A stretch of 39,479 bases of DNA from an uncultured Eubacteriales bacterium (GCA_900321265.1 ONVJ01000122.1:1-39479); one strand, 5' to 3'; shown: positions 7,750 through 17,114, numbered from the stretch's first letter. Made by a program: numbers and translations. The notes: generated by a model not told the origin, from the letters alone.

Positions 7750-8649
7750 ATGAAGAATGAAAAAATGACACCCGCAAAAAAATTCGCCGGGCTCTATCCC
7801 GCGCTGCTGACACCCTTTGACGCCGGCGACAGAGTCAATCCCGAAGCGCTGGCGAAACTCGTCGAATTCAATATCCGCGGCGGCGCCGACGGCTTCTACG
7901 TCGCCGGAAGCACCGCGGAGGTCTTTATGCTGACTCCCGAGGAGCGCCGGCTCGTATACCGCACGGTCGCCGAGGCTGCCGGAGGCAGGGTCAGGCTCAT
8001 CGCGCACATCGGAGCGATCTCGACCGCCGACACCGTCGCCTACGGGGAATTCGCCTCCTCGCTCGGCTACGACGCGATATCTGCGGTTGCGCCCTTCTAC
8101 TACAAATTCGGATTCGGTCAGATAAAGGAGCATTATTTCGCCGTCCAGCGCGCCGTGGGACTTCCCATGCTCGTTTACAACTTCCCCGGGAACTCGGGGG
8201 TGAATCTGACAGCGGATCAGATAGGGGAATTCCTCTCTGACGACGGCTTTATCGGCATGAAGCACACCTCGAGCGACTATTTCGCGCTTCAGACGGTCAA
8301 GTCCCGCTATCCCGGCAAGGTGATATACAACGGCTATGACGAGATGTTCCTCTGCGGACTTGCCATGGGCGCCGACGGCGGAGTGGGCAGCACCTACAAC
8401 TTCATGGTCGACAAATTCGTAAAGATGAGGAAACTCTTCTCGGAGGGCGACACGAAGGGCGCCCTTGCCGTTCAGGACACCGTCAACAGGATCATTGCCT
8501 CCCTTATTAAGATCGGCGTCGCCGAGGGTGAGAAGGAGGTCCTCTGCCGGCTCGGCATCGACATGGGAAGGGCAAGGTCGCCTTACCGCGCTCCCGACGC
8601 GGCGATGAGAAAGAGGATCGATGAGGAGATCCTCCCGCTTCTGGGCTGA
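7750..8649 (+). CDS. nanA: DHDPS/NanA-family class I aldolase, most like N-acetylneuraminate lyase
   Basis: 299-aa ORF. GSTAEVFMLTPEERR resembles the NanA motif GSTGE rather than the DapA motif GTTGE. YNFPG and GMKHTSSDY supply the candidate Schiff-base Lys. The start lies 4 nt after the preceding stop. Confidence 0.65.
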   Translation: MKNEKMTPAKKFAGLYPALLTPFDAGDRVNPEALAKLVEFNIRGGADGFYVAGSTAEVFMLTPEERRLVYRTVAEAAGGRVRLIAHIGAISTADTVAYGEFASSLGYDAISAVAPFYYKFGFGQIKEHYFAVQRAVGLPMLVYNFPGNSGVNLTADQIGEFLSDDGFIGMKHTSSDYFALQTVKSRYPGKVIYNGYDEMFLCGLAMGADGGVGSTYNFMVDKFVKMRKLFSEGDTKGALAVQDTVNRIIASLIKIGVAEGEKEVLCRLGIDMGRARSPYRAPDAAMRKRIDEEILPLLG

Positions 8650-8680
8650 GGCAGGGACGGGACGGGTGTCCGTACCGAAA

Positions 8681-9997
8681 ATGAAAGATCATAAAAGGAT
8701 CCGTATCCTTTCCGTTATCCGCGCGTTCGCGGTCCTTATCCTCATTGCTTCCGCTGCGGTATGCCTTTTTTCCGCCTGCAGGGAGAGGGAAACCAAGGCG
8801 GATGTCACACAGACCGACAGCTGCGCATTGTCCGAAACGCCCGGAGAGGATACCGGGACCGTTGCGTCGGAGCCTGACTACGGTTTTACGCCTCCCGGGG
8901 GATACGAATTCTACCGGAAGCTTCAGCTCGGCAACCGGTTGGCCGCCTATGTGTTCAGATCCGAGGACAGGTCGGCGGCAGCCGAGCTTGCCCGCCGGTA
9001 TCTCACAGAGCTGGCCGACGAGGGCTGGGAGACCGTCGACGAGCGCGTGCTCTCAAGATATACCTTTCTTTGCCTGAAGAAGGAGGATGACGCGCTTCAC
9101 ATCTCGGTCGACCGGACGTCGCGCACGGTCAGAGTAATAAAGGACAGGTTTGAAAACAGCGTCTATTCGATATCCGACAGTTCCGGCGGACCGAAGGAGG
9201 CGACTCTCATTCAGCTCGACAACGACCACTCGAAGTCGGAGGTCGGCATGGGATACGTCATCTGCCTGAAGGACGGAAGGTTCGTCATAATCGACGGAGG
9301 CCATTCATACGACAGCGACGCCGCCTTGATCCGTGAGACACTTATGTCGCACAGCGGGGGAGGGAAGCCGGTGATCGCCATGTGGATCGTCACTCATCCC
9401 CACGCCGATCACTCGGGCGCCTTCAGACGTTTCGCCGAGCTCTACGGAAATGACGTGACGCTTCAGACGCTCTGCGTCAACGATGCCGTCGCCTACACCC
9501 CCTACAACGGGGAAAAGGCCTACAGCGCCGCTCCCTACGCCGCATATTTCGAGGGAGCCCGCGTTCTGACTCCGCAGACGGGCGACATGATAACCGTCGG
9601 AGGGGTATCCTTCGAGTTTCTCTACACCTTTACCGATTATTATCCCTCGGTGCCGACCTGCATGAACAACACCTCGCTCGTCCTGCGGGCGTCGGCGGGA
9701 CTGTCGGCGATCTTCCTCGGCGACATCCAGACCGAGGCTGGAGCTTTTCTTGCCTCGATGTACGCCGACCACTTAAGGAGCGATATCGTCCAGTTCGCTC
9801 ACCACGGCTACCGCAACGGGGCGAGCGCCGAGGTCTATACCTTCATCTCCGCCGATACCGGCCTCTGGCCTTCCTCATCCTCGCTCTACGAGTCGCTGAA
9901 GGACACCGCTCCGGCCGGCAGGGCCGCACAGGCGATGAAGAAGGTATATGTTTCGGACGAGGGCGGCTGCGAACTGTCGCTTGAAAAGGCTGAATAA
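8681..9997 (+). CDS. Membrane- or lipid-anchored MBL-fold metallo-hydrolase
   Basis: The ORF track starts at 8621. ATG 8681 (MKDHKRIRILS...) is preferred because it directly precedes a hydrophobic anchor ending in LFSAC. The HxHxDH motif is present as THPHADHSG, with HHGY downstream. Confidence 0.7.
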   Translation: MKDHKRIRILSVIRAFAVLILIASAAVCLFSACRERETKADVTQTDSCALSETPGEDTGTVASEPDYGFTPPGGYEFYRKLQLGNRLAAYVFRSEDRSAAAELARRYLTELADEGWETVDERVLSRYTFLCLKKEDDALHISVDRTSRTVRVIKDRFENSVYSISDSSGGPKEATLIQLDNDHSKSEVGMGYVICLKDGRFVIIDGGHSYDSDAALIRETLMSHSGGGKPVIAMWIVTHPHADHSGAFRRFAELYGNDVTLQTLCVNDAVAYTPYNGEKAYSAAPYAAYFEGARVLTPQTGDMITVGGVSFEFLYTFTDYYPSVPTCMNNTSLVLRASAGLSAIFLGDIQTEAGAFLASMYADHLRSDIVQFAHHGYRNGASAEVYTFISADTGLWPSSSSLYESLKDTAPAGRAAQAMKKVYVSDEGGCELSLEKAE

Positions 9998-10006
9998 AAA
10001 CAACAG

Positions 10007-10047
10007 AGGGGCTGCCGAGACCCGGTGACGGGTATTCGGCAGCCCCT
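10007..10047. terminator. Convergent terminator hairpin between the MBL-fold hydrolase gene (8681-9997) and rny
   Basis: AGGGGCTGCCGA (10007-10018) and TCGGCAGCCCCT (10036-10047) are exact complements. On the minus strand the hairpin is followed by GTTGTTTTTATT, so it fits rny best. No T-run follows on the + strand. Confidence 0.6.
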
Positions 10048-10145
10048 TCGCTATCCATATGATTTATATATGTTGTTATCGCGCTTTGCGCGGTGAGTGC
10101 AATCCGGTTTTATATAAAGTATATGGAAAATCCCTCTTCGGGGAG

Positions 10146-11720
10146 TTATTTGGCATAATCCACGGCCCTTGACTCGCGGATGAGATTGACCTTGATCTGG
10201 CCGGGATATTTTACTTCGTCCTTGATCTTCTGAGCGATGTCTCTCGCGATCACGACCATGCCCTCGTCGGTGACGTCCTCGGGCTTGATCATCACGCGGA
10301 GCTCGCGGCCCGCCTGAATGGCGAAGGCCTTTTCGACACCGTGGAATCCGGTGGCGATCTCCTCAAGTTTTTCAAGGCGTTTGATGTAGTTCTCAAGATC
10401 CTCGCGTCTGGCTCCGGGTCTCGCGGCGGATATCGCGTCTGCAGCCTGGACCAGCACCGCGATCGCGGTCTTGGGTTCCACGTCGTTGTGGTGAGCCTCG
10501 ATGGCGTGAATGACTTCGCGGCTTTCCTTGTATTTCTTTGCCGCGTTGACTCCGATCTCGACGTGAGTGCCCTCCACGTCGTGCGGAAATGCCTTTCCGA
10601 TATCGTGGAGAAGTCCTGCGCGTCTCGCGGTGTCTGCGTCGGCTCCGATCTCCTCCGCCATTATTCCCGCGAGGAATGCGACCTCGACCGAATGACGGAG
10701 CACGTTCTGACCGTAGCTCGTTCTGTAGCGGAGACGTCCGAGAAGCTTGACCAGTTCGGGATTGAGTCCGTGTACCTCGACTTCAAAGGTGGCTCTTTCG
10801 CCGGCCTGCTTGATGCCTGCCTCGATCTCGCGCTTCGCCTTTTCGTACATTTCCTCGATCCTGGCAGGGTGTATCCTTCCGTCCGAGATGAGTTTTTCGA
10901 GTGTCTGTCTCGCGATCTCTCTGCGGACGGGGTCGAATCCCGAGATCGTGATGGCGTCGGGAGTATCATCGATGATGAGCTCGACTCCGGTAAGAGTCTC
11001 AAGCTTCTGGATATTCCTTCCTTCGCGTCCGATGATCCTGCCCTTCATCTCCTCGTTGGGGATCTGGACCGTGCTGACAGTCGCCTCCGACACCTGATCG
11101 GCCGCGCATCTCTGGATGGCGAGCGTGATGATGTTGCGGGCCTTGTCGTCAGCCGTTTCCTTGAATTCCTCCTCGAGTTCGCAGAGTCTTTGTGCAAATT
11201 CGAATTTGACCTTTTCTTCCATTCCGGCAAGAAGTCTCTCGCGCGCCTCGGCGGCGGTCAGCCCCGAGATCTCCTCGAGACGCTCCTGCTGCTTTGCCAG
11301 AGCCTCGTCCGCCTGCTGCTTCACCGACTCGACTTCCTTCAGCCGTTTGTCGAGAGTTTCGTTCTTCTTCTCGAGCTGTTCGGTCTTCTTGTCGAGGTTC
11401 GATTCCTTCTGTGCCAGACGGTTCTCCATGCGGGAAACCTCTGAGCGGCGTTCCTTGACCTCTCTCTCGGCGTCGCTTCTGAAGCGGTTGATGTCTTTCT
11501 GAGCGTCGACCACCATCTGCTTCGACTCGAGTTCGGCCTTCATGAGGAGCGCGGCCTTGCTTTTCTCGGCTTCCTTTACGATCCCTTCGGCTTTTTCCTC
11601 GGCGATACCGGTCAGCTTTTTCTCCTTCTTTTTGCGGAAGGCGATACCGATCAGTATGCCGGCGACGACACCCAAGACGAGCGCGGCGGAAGCGAGGAGA
11701 GCTATTTCCAAAGGACCCAT
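10146..11720 (-). CDS. rny: Ribonuclease Y (N-terminal TM helix, coiled coil, KH domain, HD domain)
   Basis: The protein has the N-terminal helix [22 protein letters not shown], the KH motif IIGREGRNI and the HD motif LLHDIGK...HH. The start is set at MGPLE (ATG 11718-11720), 8-9 nt downstream of an AGGAGG RBS, rather than at the track start 11741. Confidence 0.95.
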   Translation of the reverse strand: MGPLEIALLASAALVLGVVAGILIGIAFRKKKEKKLTGIAEEKAEGIVKEAEKSKAALLMKAELESKQMVVDAQKDINRFRSDAEREVKERRSEVSRMENRLAQKESNLDKKTEQLEKKNETLDKRLKEVESVKQQADEALAKQQERLEEISGLTAAEARERLLAGMEEKVKFEFAQRLCELEEEFKETADDKARNIITLAIQRCAADQVSEATVSTVQIPNEEMKGRIIGREGRNIQKLETLTGVELIIDDTPDAITISGFDPVRREIARQTLEKLISDGRIHPARIEEMYEKAKREIEAGIKQAGERATFEVEVHGLNPELVKLLGRLRYRTSYGQNVLRHSVEVAFLAGIMAEEIGADADTARRAGLLHDIGKAFPHDVEGTHVEIGVNAAKKYKESREVIHAIEAHHNDVEPKTAIAVLVQAADAISAARPGARREDLENYIKRLEKLEEIATGFHGVEKAFAIQAGRELRVMIKPEDVTDEGMVVIARDIAQKIKDEVKYPGQIKVNLIRESRAVDYAK

Positions 11721-11808
11721 CCTTTTGCACCTCCTTTTCATATATATTTAATTTGTCAAGGCGGACGGAGGGATCAGACCCTTTTCTCCGCCCGACAACA
11801 ATCATAAT

Positions 11809-11837
11809 ATTATACTATAAAAAAAAATAAAAGTCAA
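11809..11837 (-). promoter_or_regulatory. Sigma-A-type promoter for rny
   Basis: On the minus strand: TTGACT (11837-11832), a 17-nt spacer, then TATAAT (11814-11809). Confidence 0.55.
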
Positions 11838-11840
11838 CTG

Positions 11841-11891
11841 TTGAATTTTATTTGTTTTTGTGTTATCATATTAAAGAAGATTTGTTATAAT
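11841..11891 (+). promoter_or_regulatory. Tandem extended -10 promoters for the CarD-like gene
   Basis: The first is TTGAAT (11841-11846), 17 nt, then TGtTATCAT (11861-11869). The second is TTATCA (11863-11868), 17 nt, then TGtTATAAT (11883-11891). Confidence 0.5.
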
Positions 11892-11941
11892 AGCGGGAAA
11901 GTGTTTTTCCCGGAAATGCTACGGAAAGGTTGGGTTTCGGT

Positions 11942-12448
11942 ATGTTCAGCATCGGCGAGAATATAATATATGGCACGAACGGCATCTGCAGGGTCGGCGA
12001 GATCCGGACGAATCCGTTCGACGCTTCCGACAGCAGGCTTTACTATATATTATATCCTCTTTTTGACACCTCCAATTCCAAGATCTTTACACCTGTCGAC
12101 AACGACAACATCGTGATCCGCCGCCCGGTATCAAGGGATTTTGCCGAGGATTTCTTCAAACAGATCCCTGAGATCGGACTCGTCGAGGTCGAGGACGAAA
12201 GAAAAAGAAGGGAGGCTTACCGCTCCGCGGTACAGACCACCGATCTCTTCAAATATATCAGTGTGATAAAGACGGTCGTAAAGCGCCGGGCCTCCTTCAA
12301 AAAGCTGAGAAGACGGCTGCCCGATCTCGACAACGATTTCGAGCATACCGCCCGCAACTGTCTGTACGGAGAACTGGCAACCGTCCTGGATCTGGACAGG
12401 GAGGAGGTCCACAACAGGATCGTCGACCTGACCGAGGGGGATCTGTAA
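11942..12448 (+). CDS. CarD/CdnL-family RNA-polymerase-binding transcription factor-like protein
   Basis: The N-terminal FSIGENIIYGTNGICRVGEI resembles the CarD_CdnL_TRCF Tudor-like motif. The protein is ~168 aa. ATG 11942 is preferred over the TTG at 11930. Confidence 0.65.
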   Translation: MFSIGENIIYGTNGICRVGEIRTNPFDASDSRLYYILYPLFDTSNSKIFTPVDNDNIVIRRPVSRDFAEDFFKQIPEIGLVEVEDERKRREAYRSAVQTTDLFKYISVIKTVVKRRASFKKLRRRLPDLDNDFEHTARNCLYGELATVLDLDREEVHNRIVDLTEGDL

Positions 12449-12479
12449 GAAAACAATTATTAACAGGATATCAGGGAGA

Positions 12480-14663
12480 TCACGGATCGACAAGGCGTGC
12501 GACCGCGTCGGAGTCTGAACGGCGCCGGGCGGCAAGCCTTTCCGAGGTCTCCCTCATTTTTTCTTCAGCAGGAAGACGGCCGGCGGCGGAGAGAAGGGAA
12601 GACTCTGACAGTTCTCCCGGATCGAGCGCCGGGAAGCCGGCTTCCTCCGCGAAGGCCGCGACCTTGGGGTCGTAGACGACCGCAACCGCGGGGGTCAGCA
12701 CCGAGAGCGAAAAGACGGCCGCGTGGAGCCTTACGCATACCGAGAGCGAAGCTCCCGCCAGCAGAGCCTTCATCTCCTCCGGCGTCATCCTTCCCGCGTA
12801 CTCGCCGCCGCATCCCGCGGCGAGTTTTCGGGAGATCTCCTCATCCTCAGGCGCCATCGCCGCGGTGACCGGCCGGAGGCCGGTCCCGGCGCGGAGCGCC
12901 GCCGATGCGGCGGCGAGAGCGGCAAGGAACCTCCGCCGTTCGCTCCTTCGCGGAGAGGGAAGATCTCTGGCCGCGATGACGAAGTAGTCCCCGTATTTTT
13001 CCCCGAAGTCCTCCCGTGGCTCGGTCACACTGCCAGATACCGCCGCGGCGTCGGCCGAAAGGGCAAATCCGGGCAGCCCCGAACGCCTTCTGGCCTCTCC
13101 CGCAAGCCTTTCGGCGACGGCGAGCGAGCTTCTGTCCCTAAGTCCGGCGTGCGTGACCGACGCAAGAACAGCGGCAGCTGCCTTTTCGGAGTTCTTTTTT
13201 CCGAGCGGGCCGATCCCGCCTCCGGTGATCGCAGTCAGGCAGCCCGACTTTTTTGCGGCTCTCTGCATCGAAGTGTAATACAAAAGAGAGCGGCGGCTGG
13301 TGAGATCCTGCAGCAGCGATCCGCCGCAGAGGATGAAGAGCCTTGTCTTTTTCAGCTCTTCCCGGATCCGTCTGATATCAAGTCTTCCGACCGGCCTGCA
13401 GCCGGTCTTTTCTATGTCGGAAAAGCCCTTTTTCGGGCAGATCACCGATATTTTTCCGGCGGGGACCCCAGCTTCTCTCAGCTCCTCAAGCGAATGGTCG
13501 AGAGTGGCGTCGTCGCCGGCGTTGCGGGCTCCGAAATAACCGCACAGCATGACTCTGCCCTTCTTTTCGGATATGACCTCCCTGTAGACACAGGCGGTCT
13601 CTGCCGCGACGGATCTTATATCGTGACCTTTTTCCGCGAAGGATCTCGCGTATGCCCCGAGCTCTGCGCGAAGGTCTTTGTCGCCGGTCAGAAGAGCCAG
13701 CGATGAGCGCAACAGTTCGCTTCCGGAACCCTCCGGCTTATCTCCGGAAGGGATAAGGTTGGTGCGTTCAAGCTCATCCGAGGTCTCCGGGGAGAGGATC
13801 CCGCCGCATTTTCCGCCGCCCGACAGCGTCACTACCGGCAGACCTGCCGCCGCCGCCTCAAGCGCCGACCGCGACGCCCCGACGAATATGTCGCTCTCTG
13901 CGAGAAGCCCCGAAAGGTCGGCGAGCGCACCTGTAAAACTCACGCCGAAGCCGGGGCCCGCGCCTTCCGCTATTATCTTTACCTCTTTTTCCAGGCGCTT
14001 TCTGTCGCTGCCTTCTCCCGCGACTGTCAGTCGGATCCCGCCGCCTGTCATTGTCACGGAGAGGGAGGCGAGCTCCTTCGCCAGCATGACGACCGCGCCG
14101 GAGTTGTCCGGGTCAAGCCGGCAGGCGGCGCAAACTCTTACTCTGCAGGACGCCGCTCTGTCTGATGCCGGGGGTATCTCGACTCCGTTCCCGATGACGG
14201 TTATCCGCCCGGGATCCAGCCGGTATTTTTCGCAGAGCCATTCTCCGAGGGCGGGGCTTACCGATATTACCCTGTCTCCCCAGTAGGTCAGAGGCCCCTT
14301 CGGAGGCATCGGATCCCAGAATCCGTGCGCCGTCGTGACGACCGGAGGGAAGTCCCGCCGGTCTTTAAGCAGGCGGCAGATGAAGGCGGGAATCCTTCCG
14401 TGTGCGTGAATTATGTCCGGCCTCTCTCTCCCGACCGCGTCGAGAATCCCCCTGAGGGATGCCGCGACCGAGACCGGGTCCTTGCGGTCGAGGGGAAGGA
14501 GCATCTGCCTCGCGCCGGCAGCCTCAAGCCGCGGGACGAGGAGGCCGCCCGACGACGCGACGGTCACCGAATGACCCGCGCGGACGAGTTCGGCCGACAG
14601 TGTCAGGACATGGCTTTCGGCTCCGCCGATCCCCATTCTCGCGGTACAGATCAGTATCCGCAT
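12480..14663 (-). CDS. Fusion protein: N-terminal GT4 (group 1) glycosyltransferase plus C-terminal CsaB-type polysaccharide pyruvyl transferase
   Basis: 727-aa ORF. The N-terminus is MRILICTARMGIGGAESHV..., with ALEAAAAGLPVV in the GT-B C-lobe. From about residue 368 the sequence VMLCGYFGARNAGDDA ... LCGGSLLQDLTSRRSLLYY ... GGGIGPL matches CsaB-family signatures. Confidence 0.8.
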   Translation of the reverse strand: MRILICTARMGIGGAESHVLTLSAELVRAGHSVTVASSGGLLVPRLEAAGARQMLLPLDRKDPVSVAASLRGILDAVGRERPDIIHAHGRIPAFICRLLKDRRDFPPVVTTAHGFWDPMPPKGPLTYWGDRVISVSPALGEWLCEKYRLDPGRITVIGNGVEIPPASDRAASCRVRVCAACRLDPDNSGAVVMLAKELASLSVTMTGGGIRLTVAGEGSDRKRLEKEVKIIAEGAGPGFGVSFTGALADLSGLLAESDIFVGASRSALEAAAAGLPVVTLSGGGKCGGILSPETSDELERTNLIPSGDKPEGSGSELLRSSLALLTGDKDLRAELGAYARSFAEKGHDIRSVAAETACVYREVISEKKGRVMLCGYFGARNAGDDATLDHSLEELREAGVPAGKISVICPKKGFSDIEKTGCRPVGRLDIRRIREELKKTRLFILCGGSLLQDLTSRRSLLYYTSMQRAAKKSGCLTAITGGGIGPLGKKNSEKAAAAVLASVTHAGLRDRSSLAVAERLAGEARRRSGLPGFALSADAAAVSGSVTEPREDFGEKYGDYFVIAARDLPSPRRSERRRFLAALAAASAALRAGTGLRPVTAAMAPEDEEISRKLAAGCGGEYAGRMTPEEMKALLAGASLSVCVRLHAAVFSLSVLTPAVAVVYDPKVAAFAEEAGFPALDPGELSESSLLSAAGRLPAEEKMRETSERLAARRRSDSDAVARLVDP

Positions 14664-14718
14664 CTTTCCGGCTCCTCCCTTTCATTGTTTTTCGTCGCCG
14701 CATACGCTCTGCGGGATT

Positions 14719-14747
14719 ATTATACTCGATTTTGCGCTTTTTTTCAA
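14719..14747 (-). promoter_or_regulatory. Sigma-A-type promoter for the GT4-CsaB gene
   Basis: On the minus strand: TTGAAA (14747-14742), a 17-nt spacer, then TATAAT (14724-14719). Confidence 0.55.
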
Positions 14748-14829
14748 TGAGACGAGGCTATTATGTTCCTGAACAGTCAAAAAACAGAGCTGACAGGCTG
14801 CGGAAAAAACCTTTTCAGATCATTTTAAG

Positions 14830-14858
14830 TTGACAATTGAAAGTTATTATGATATAAT
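14830..14858 (+). promoter_or_regulatory. Near-consensus extended -10 promoter for the lipoprotein gene
   Basis: TTGACA (14830-14835), a 17-nt spacer ending in TGa, then TATAAT (14853-14858). Confidence 0.65.
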
Positions 14859-14924
14859 TATAAGGGTATGATCCTTTATTTCCAACTGCATAAAAAAACA
14901 ATAATAATAATTCTGGAGGAAAAA

Positions 14925-16400
14925 ATGAAGAAATCCATCAGATTCTTTGCCGTGGTTATGACCGCCGCCATGCTTTTTGCGGCAGTCCTCAGCTGCGTAT
15001 CCTGCACCGCGACCGAATCTCCCAAGGCTCTTTTCCAGAAGGCGATCTCCAGGACCGCCGACAAAATGGAGAAGATCGACATCGTGAACACTGCGGAAAA
15101 GATCGCTTCCGGCGGCTCGATCGAACTGAAGGGCGAAGGCCTTGAGTTCGGTGAAGACAGCGACTCCAAGGGCGAGTTTTCTCTCGTTCTTTACGCCAAC
15201 AAAGACAAAAAGACCGCCGCTGCCGTTCTCAACGCAAAGATCGGAGAGGAAAAATACGAAGGAGCCCTCTACGGATCGGAAAACGCGATCGTCGCAAAGT
15301 TTGACAAGATCCTCGGCAAAAACGCCTACGGTATCAATCTCTCCAAGGCGGGAAAGAATCTCGCAAAATCCGTCTTCGCAGAAGACAGCGACAGCAAATT
15401 CTCCCTCTCGGAGGAGGAATACGCGAAGCTTGAGGATGTCGTAAAGAATATCAACGAGCTCAAGTCTGCCGAAAAGGACGCCGAAAAACTCTACGACAAG
15501 TATGTAAAGAAACTTTACAAACTCATTTCGGACAACGCCGAATATGAGAAGGAGAACACCACCACCTCCGTTTTCGACGAAAAGGATGTCGCCTGCACTC
15601 TCGTTACGGTCAAGCTCTCCTCCTCGGCTCTGACAAAGGTCATCGAGTCCTTCTGGAAGGATGCCAAGAGCGACACTCAGCTCAAAAAGTTCATCAACGA
15701 CAGAATCATCGCCCTTGTCGACGAATATGACGATGCCGGAGATCTCTACGACGACATCGACGACTATGTTGAGAAAGCGGCAGAACAGATCGACAACAGC
15801 TCGGTATCGGTGACGGTCCGCTACTTCCTCAACAAATCTTCCGGAGCCATTATGAAGGCGGACGTCGCGCTGCGCGCCAACGGTGAAAAGACGACGGTCG
15901 GCGTCGAGCTCGGTAAGACCCACAAGACATTTGAAGGATTCAAGTTCACCGTCCGCAACGGCAGCGACGATCCCGATTATCTCTGGATCCGTGTCATTGA
16001 GGACACCAAGGAACAGCTCAGGTGCGAGGTCCTTACCACCAGGATGTTCTCGCTTCCCGAGATCACCCTCAAATACACGAAGGATGACGGAGCGGTGAAG
16101 ATCACCGTGGCCGAAGAGGACTATTTCGGAGAAAAGGACGAGACGACTGTCAAGCTGAACTACAAGAAGAAGGGCAGCGTCCACACCGTCGTTCTCGAGT
16201 CGATCTCGCAGAACGGCGAGAAGATCGACATCCCCTTCTCGGGTAAATATTCGGTGATCGTCAACACCTCTGCAAAAGCTCCGTCGGCTCCCTCCAAGTA
16301 CACCGACATCCTCACAATGAACGAAGAGACCTTCGAGGACTTTGTCGAAGAGGTGCAGAACAACTTGGAAGAAGCAAAGGAGAGCGTCCCGCTCGACTGA
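14925..16400 (+). CDS. Hypothetical K/E/D-rich lipoprotein
   Basis: The start is set at MKKSIRFF (ATG 14925), after a GGAGGA RBS. The signal peptide has a VLSC/VSC lipobox. I recognised no family. Confidence 0.75.
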   Translation: MKKSIRFFAVVMTAAMLFAAVLSCVSCTATESPKALFQKAISRTADKMEKIDIVNTAEKIASGGSIELKGEGLEFGEDSDSKGEFSLVLYANKDKKTAAAVLNAKIGEEKYEGALYGSENAIVAKFDKILGKNAYGINLSKAGKNLAKSVFAEDSDSKFSLSEEEYAKLEDVVKNINELKSAEKDAEKLYDKYVKKLYKLISDNAEYEKENTTTSVFDEKDVACTLVTVKLSSSALTKVIESFWKDAKSDTQLKKFINDRIIALVDEYDDAGDLYDDIDDYVEKAAEQIDNSSVSVTVRYFLNKSSGAIMKADVALRANGEKTTVGVELGKTHKTFEGFKFTVRNGSDDPDYLWIRVIEDTKEQLRCEVLTTRMFSLPEITLKYTKDDGAVKITVAEEDYFGEKDETTVKLNYKKKGSVHTVVLESISQNGEKIDIPFSGKYSVIVNTSAKAPSAPSKYTDILTMNEETFEDFVEEVQNNLEEAKESVPLD

Positions 16401-16422
16401 CCGGGAATCTCCGTGATACAGC

Positions 16423-16461
16423 TCAGGGGCTGCGAAAAGCGACGCTTTTCGCAGCCCCTGA
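16423..16461. terminator. 19-bp perfect palindrome between convergent genes
   Basis: TCAGGGGCTGCGAAAAGCG (16423-16441) and CGCTTTTCGCAGCCCCTGA (16443-16461) are exact complements. They lie between the lipoprotein gene (+) and the phosphoribosyltransferase gene (-). Confidence 0.6.
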
Positions 16462-16480
16462 AAAATATGATGCGGCGCGG

Positions 16481-17041
16481 TCAGCCGATCGGATTGCCCT
16501 CCCTGTCGAAGAGGGGAAGCTTCTCGAGATAGATCAGGTCGTCGCGTCCGGCGGCGTCGCCCTCAGCGAGGATGGTCATTCTGCCGCAGACGATGCCTCC
16601 GGCCTGTTCCACGAGGGCTTCGATCGCCCGTTCGGACTCTCCGGTGGAGACGACGTCGTCAACGACAAGTATCTTTTTCCCCTTCATCAGCTCGGCGTCG
16701 GCGGTGTCGAGGTAGAGCTTCTGTTCGCCTTCGGTCGTGATCGAGCGGACTCTGACCTCCATGACTCCGGTCATGTAGAGCTTGGGCTTCTTTCTGGCAA
16801 GAAAGTATTTCTGGTTGCCCGCAAGCCTCGCCATCTCGTGAACGAGAGGTATCCCCTTGGCTTCCGCGGTGATCAGATAGTCGTATTCCGGCGCTCGTCT
16901 GAGCAGCTCCGCCGCGCAGGCGGTGGTGAGCTCGGGGTCTCCGAAGATGACGAAGGCTCCGATCTGCAGGCTGTCGCCGATAGGGCAGAGAGGGAGCTCG
17001 CGCTCCAGTCCCGCGATCGTCATTCTGTAGGCTTTTCTCAT
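16481..17041 (-). CDS. Type I phosphoribosyltransferase family protein (Apt/Xpt-like)
   Basis: 186-aa ORF with the PRPP-binding loop KILVVDDVVSTGES. Its size and layout fit purine or adenine PRTases. Confidence 0.75.
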   Translation of the reverse strand: MRKAYRMTIAGLERELPLCPIGDSLQIGAFVIFGDPELTTACAAELLRRAPEYDYLITAEAKGIPLVHEMARLAGNQKYFLARKKPKLYMTGVMEVRVRSITTEGEQKLYLDTADAELMKGKKILVVDDVVSTGESERAIEALVEQAGGIVCGRMTILAEGDAAGRDDLIYLEKLPLFDREGNPIG

Positions 17042-17114
17042 TGCTGTGATAATACCGTCCCTTCTTCCGCGCCGCTACGCCGTGAGAAGTCCGGCGCGTT
17101 TCTTTCTGACAGAT

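Noticed and set aside
8621-8680. Upstream ATG (8621) as the start of the MBL-fold protein, overlapping the NanA-like gene
   Set aside because: The extra 20 residues (MRRSSRFWAEAGTGRVSVPK) look like off-frame read-through of the preceding gene's 3' end. ATG 8681 directly precedes the hydrophobic anchor.
14847-16184. 445-aa minus-strand ORF opposite the lipoprotein gene
   Set aside because: The + frame has an RBS, a lipoprotein signal peptide and a consensus promoter. The minus frame has none of these, and it would run into that promoter.
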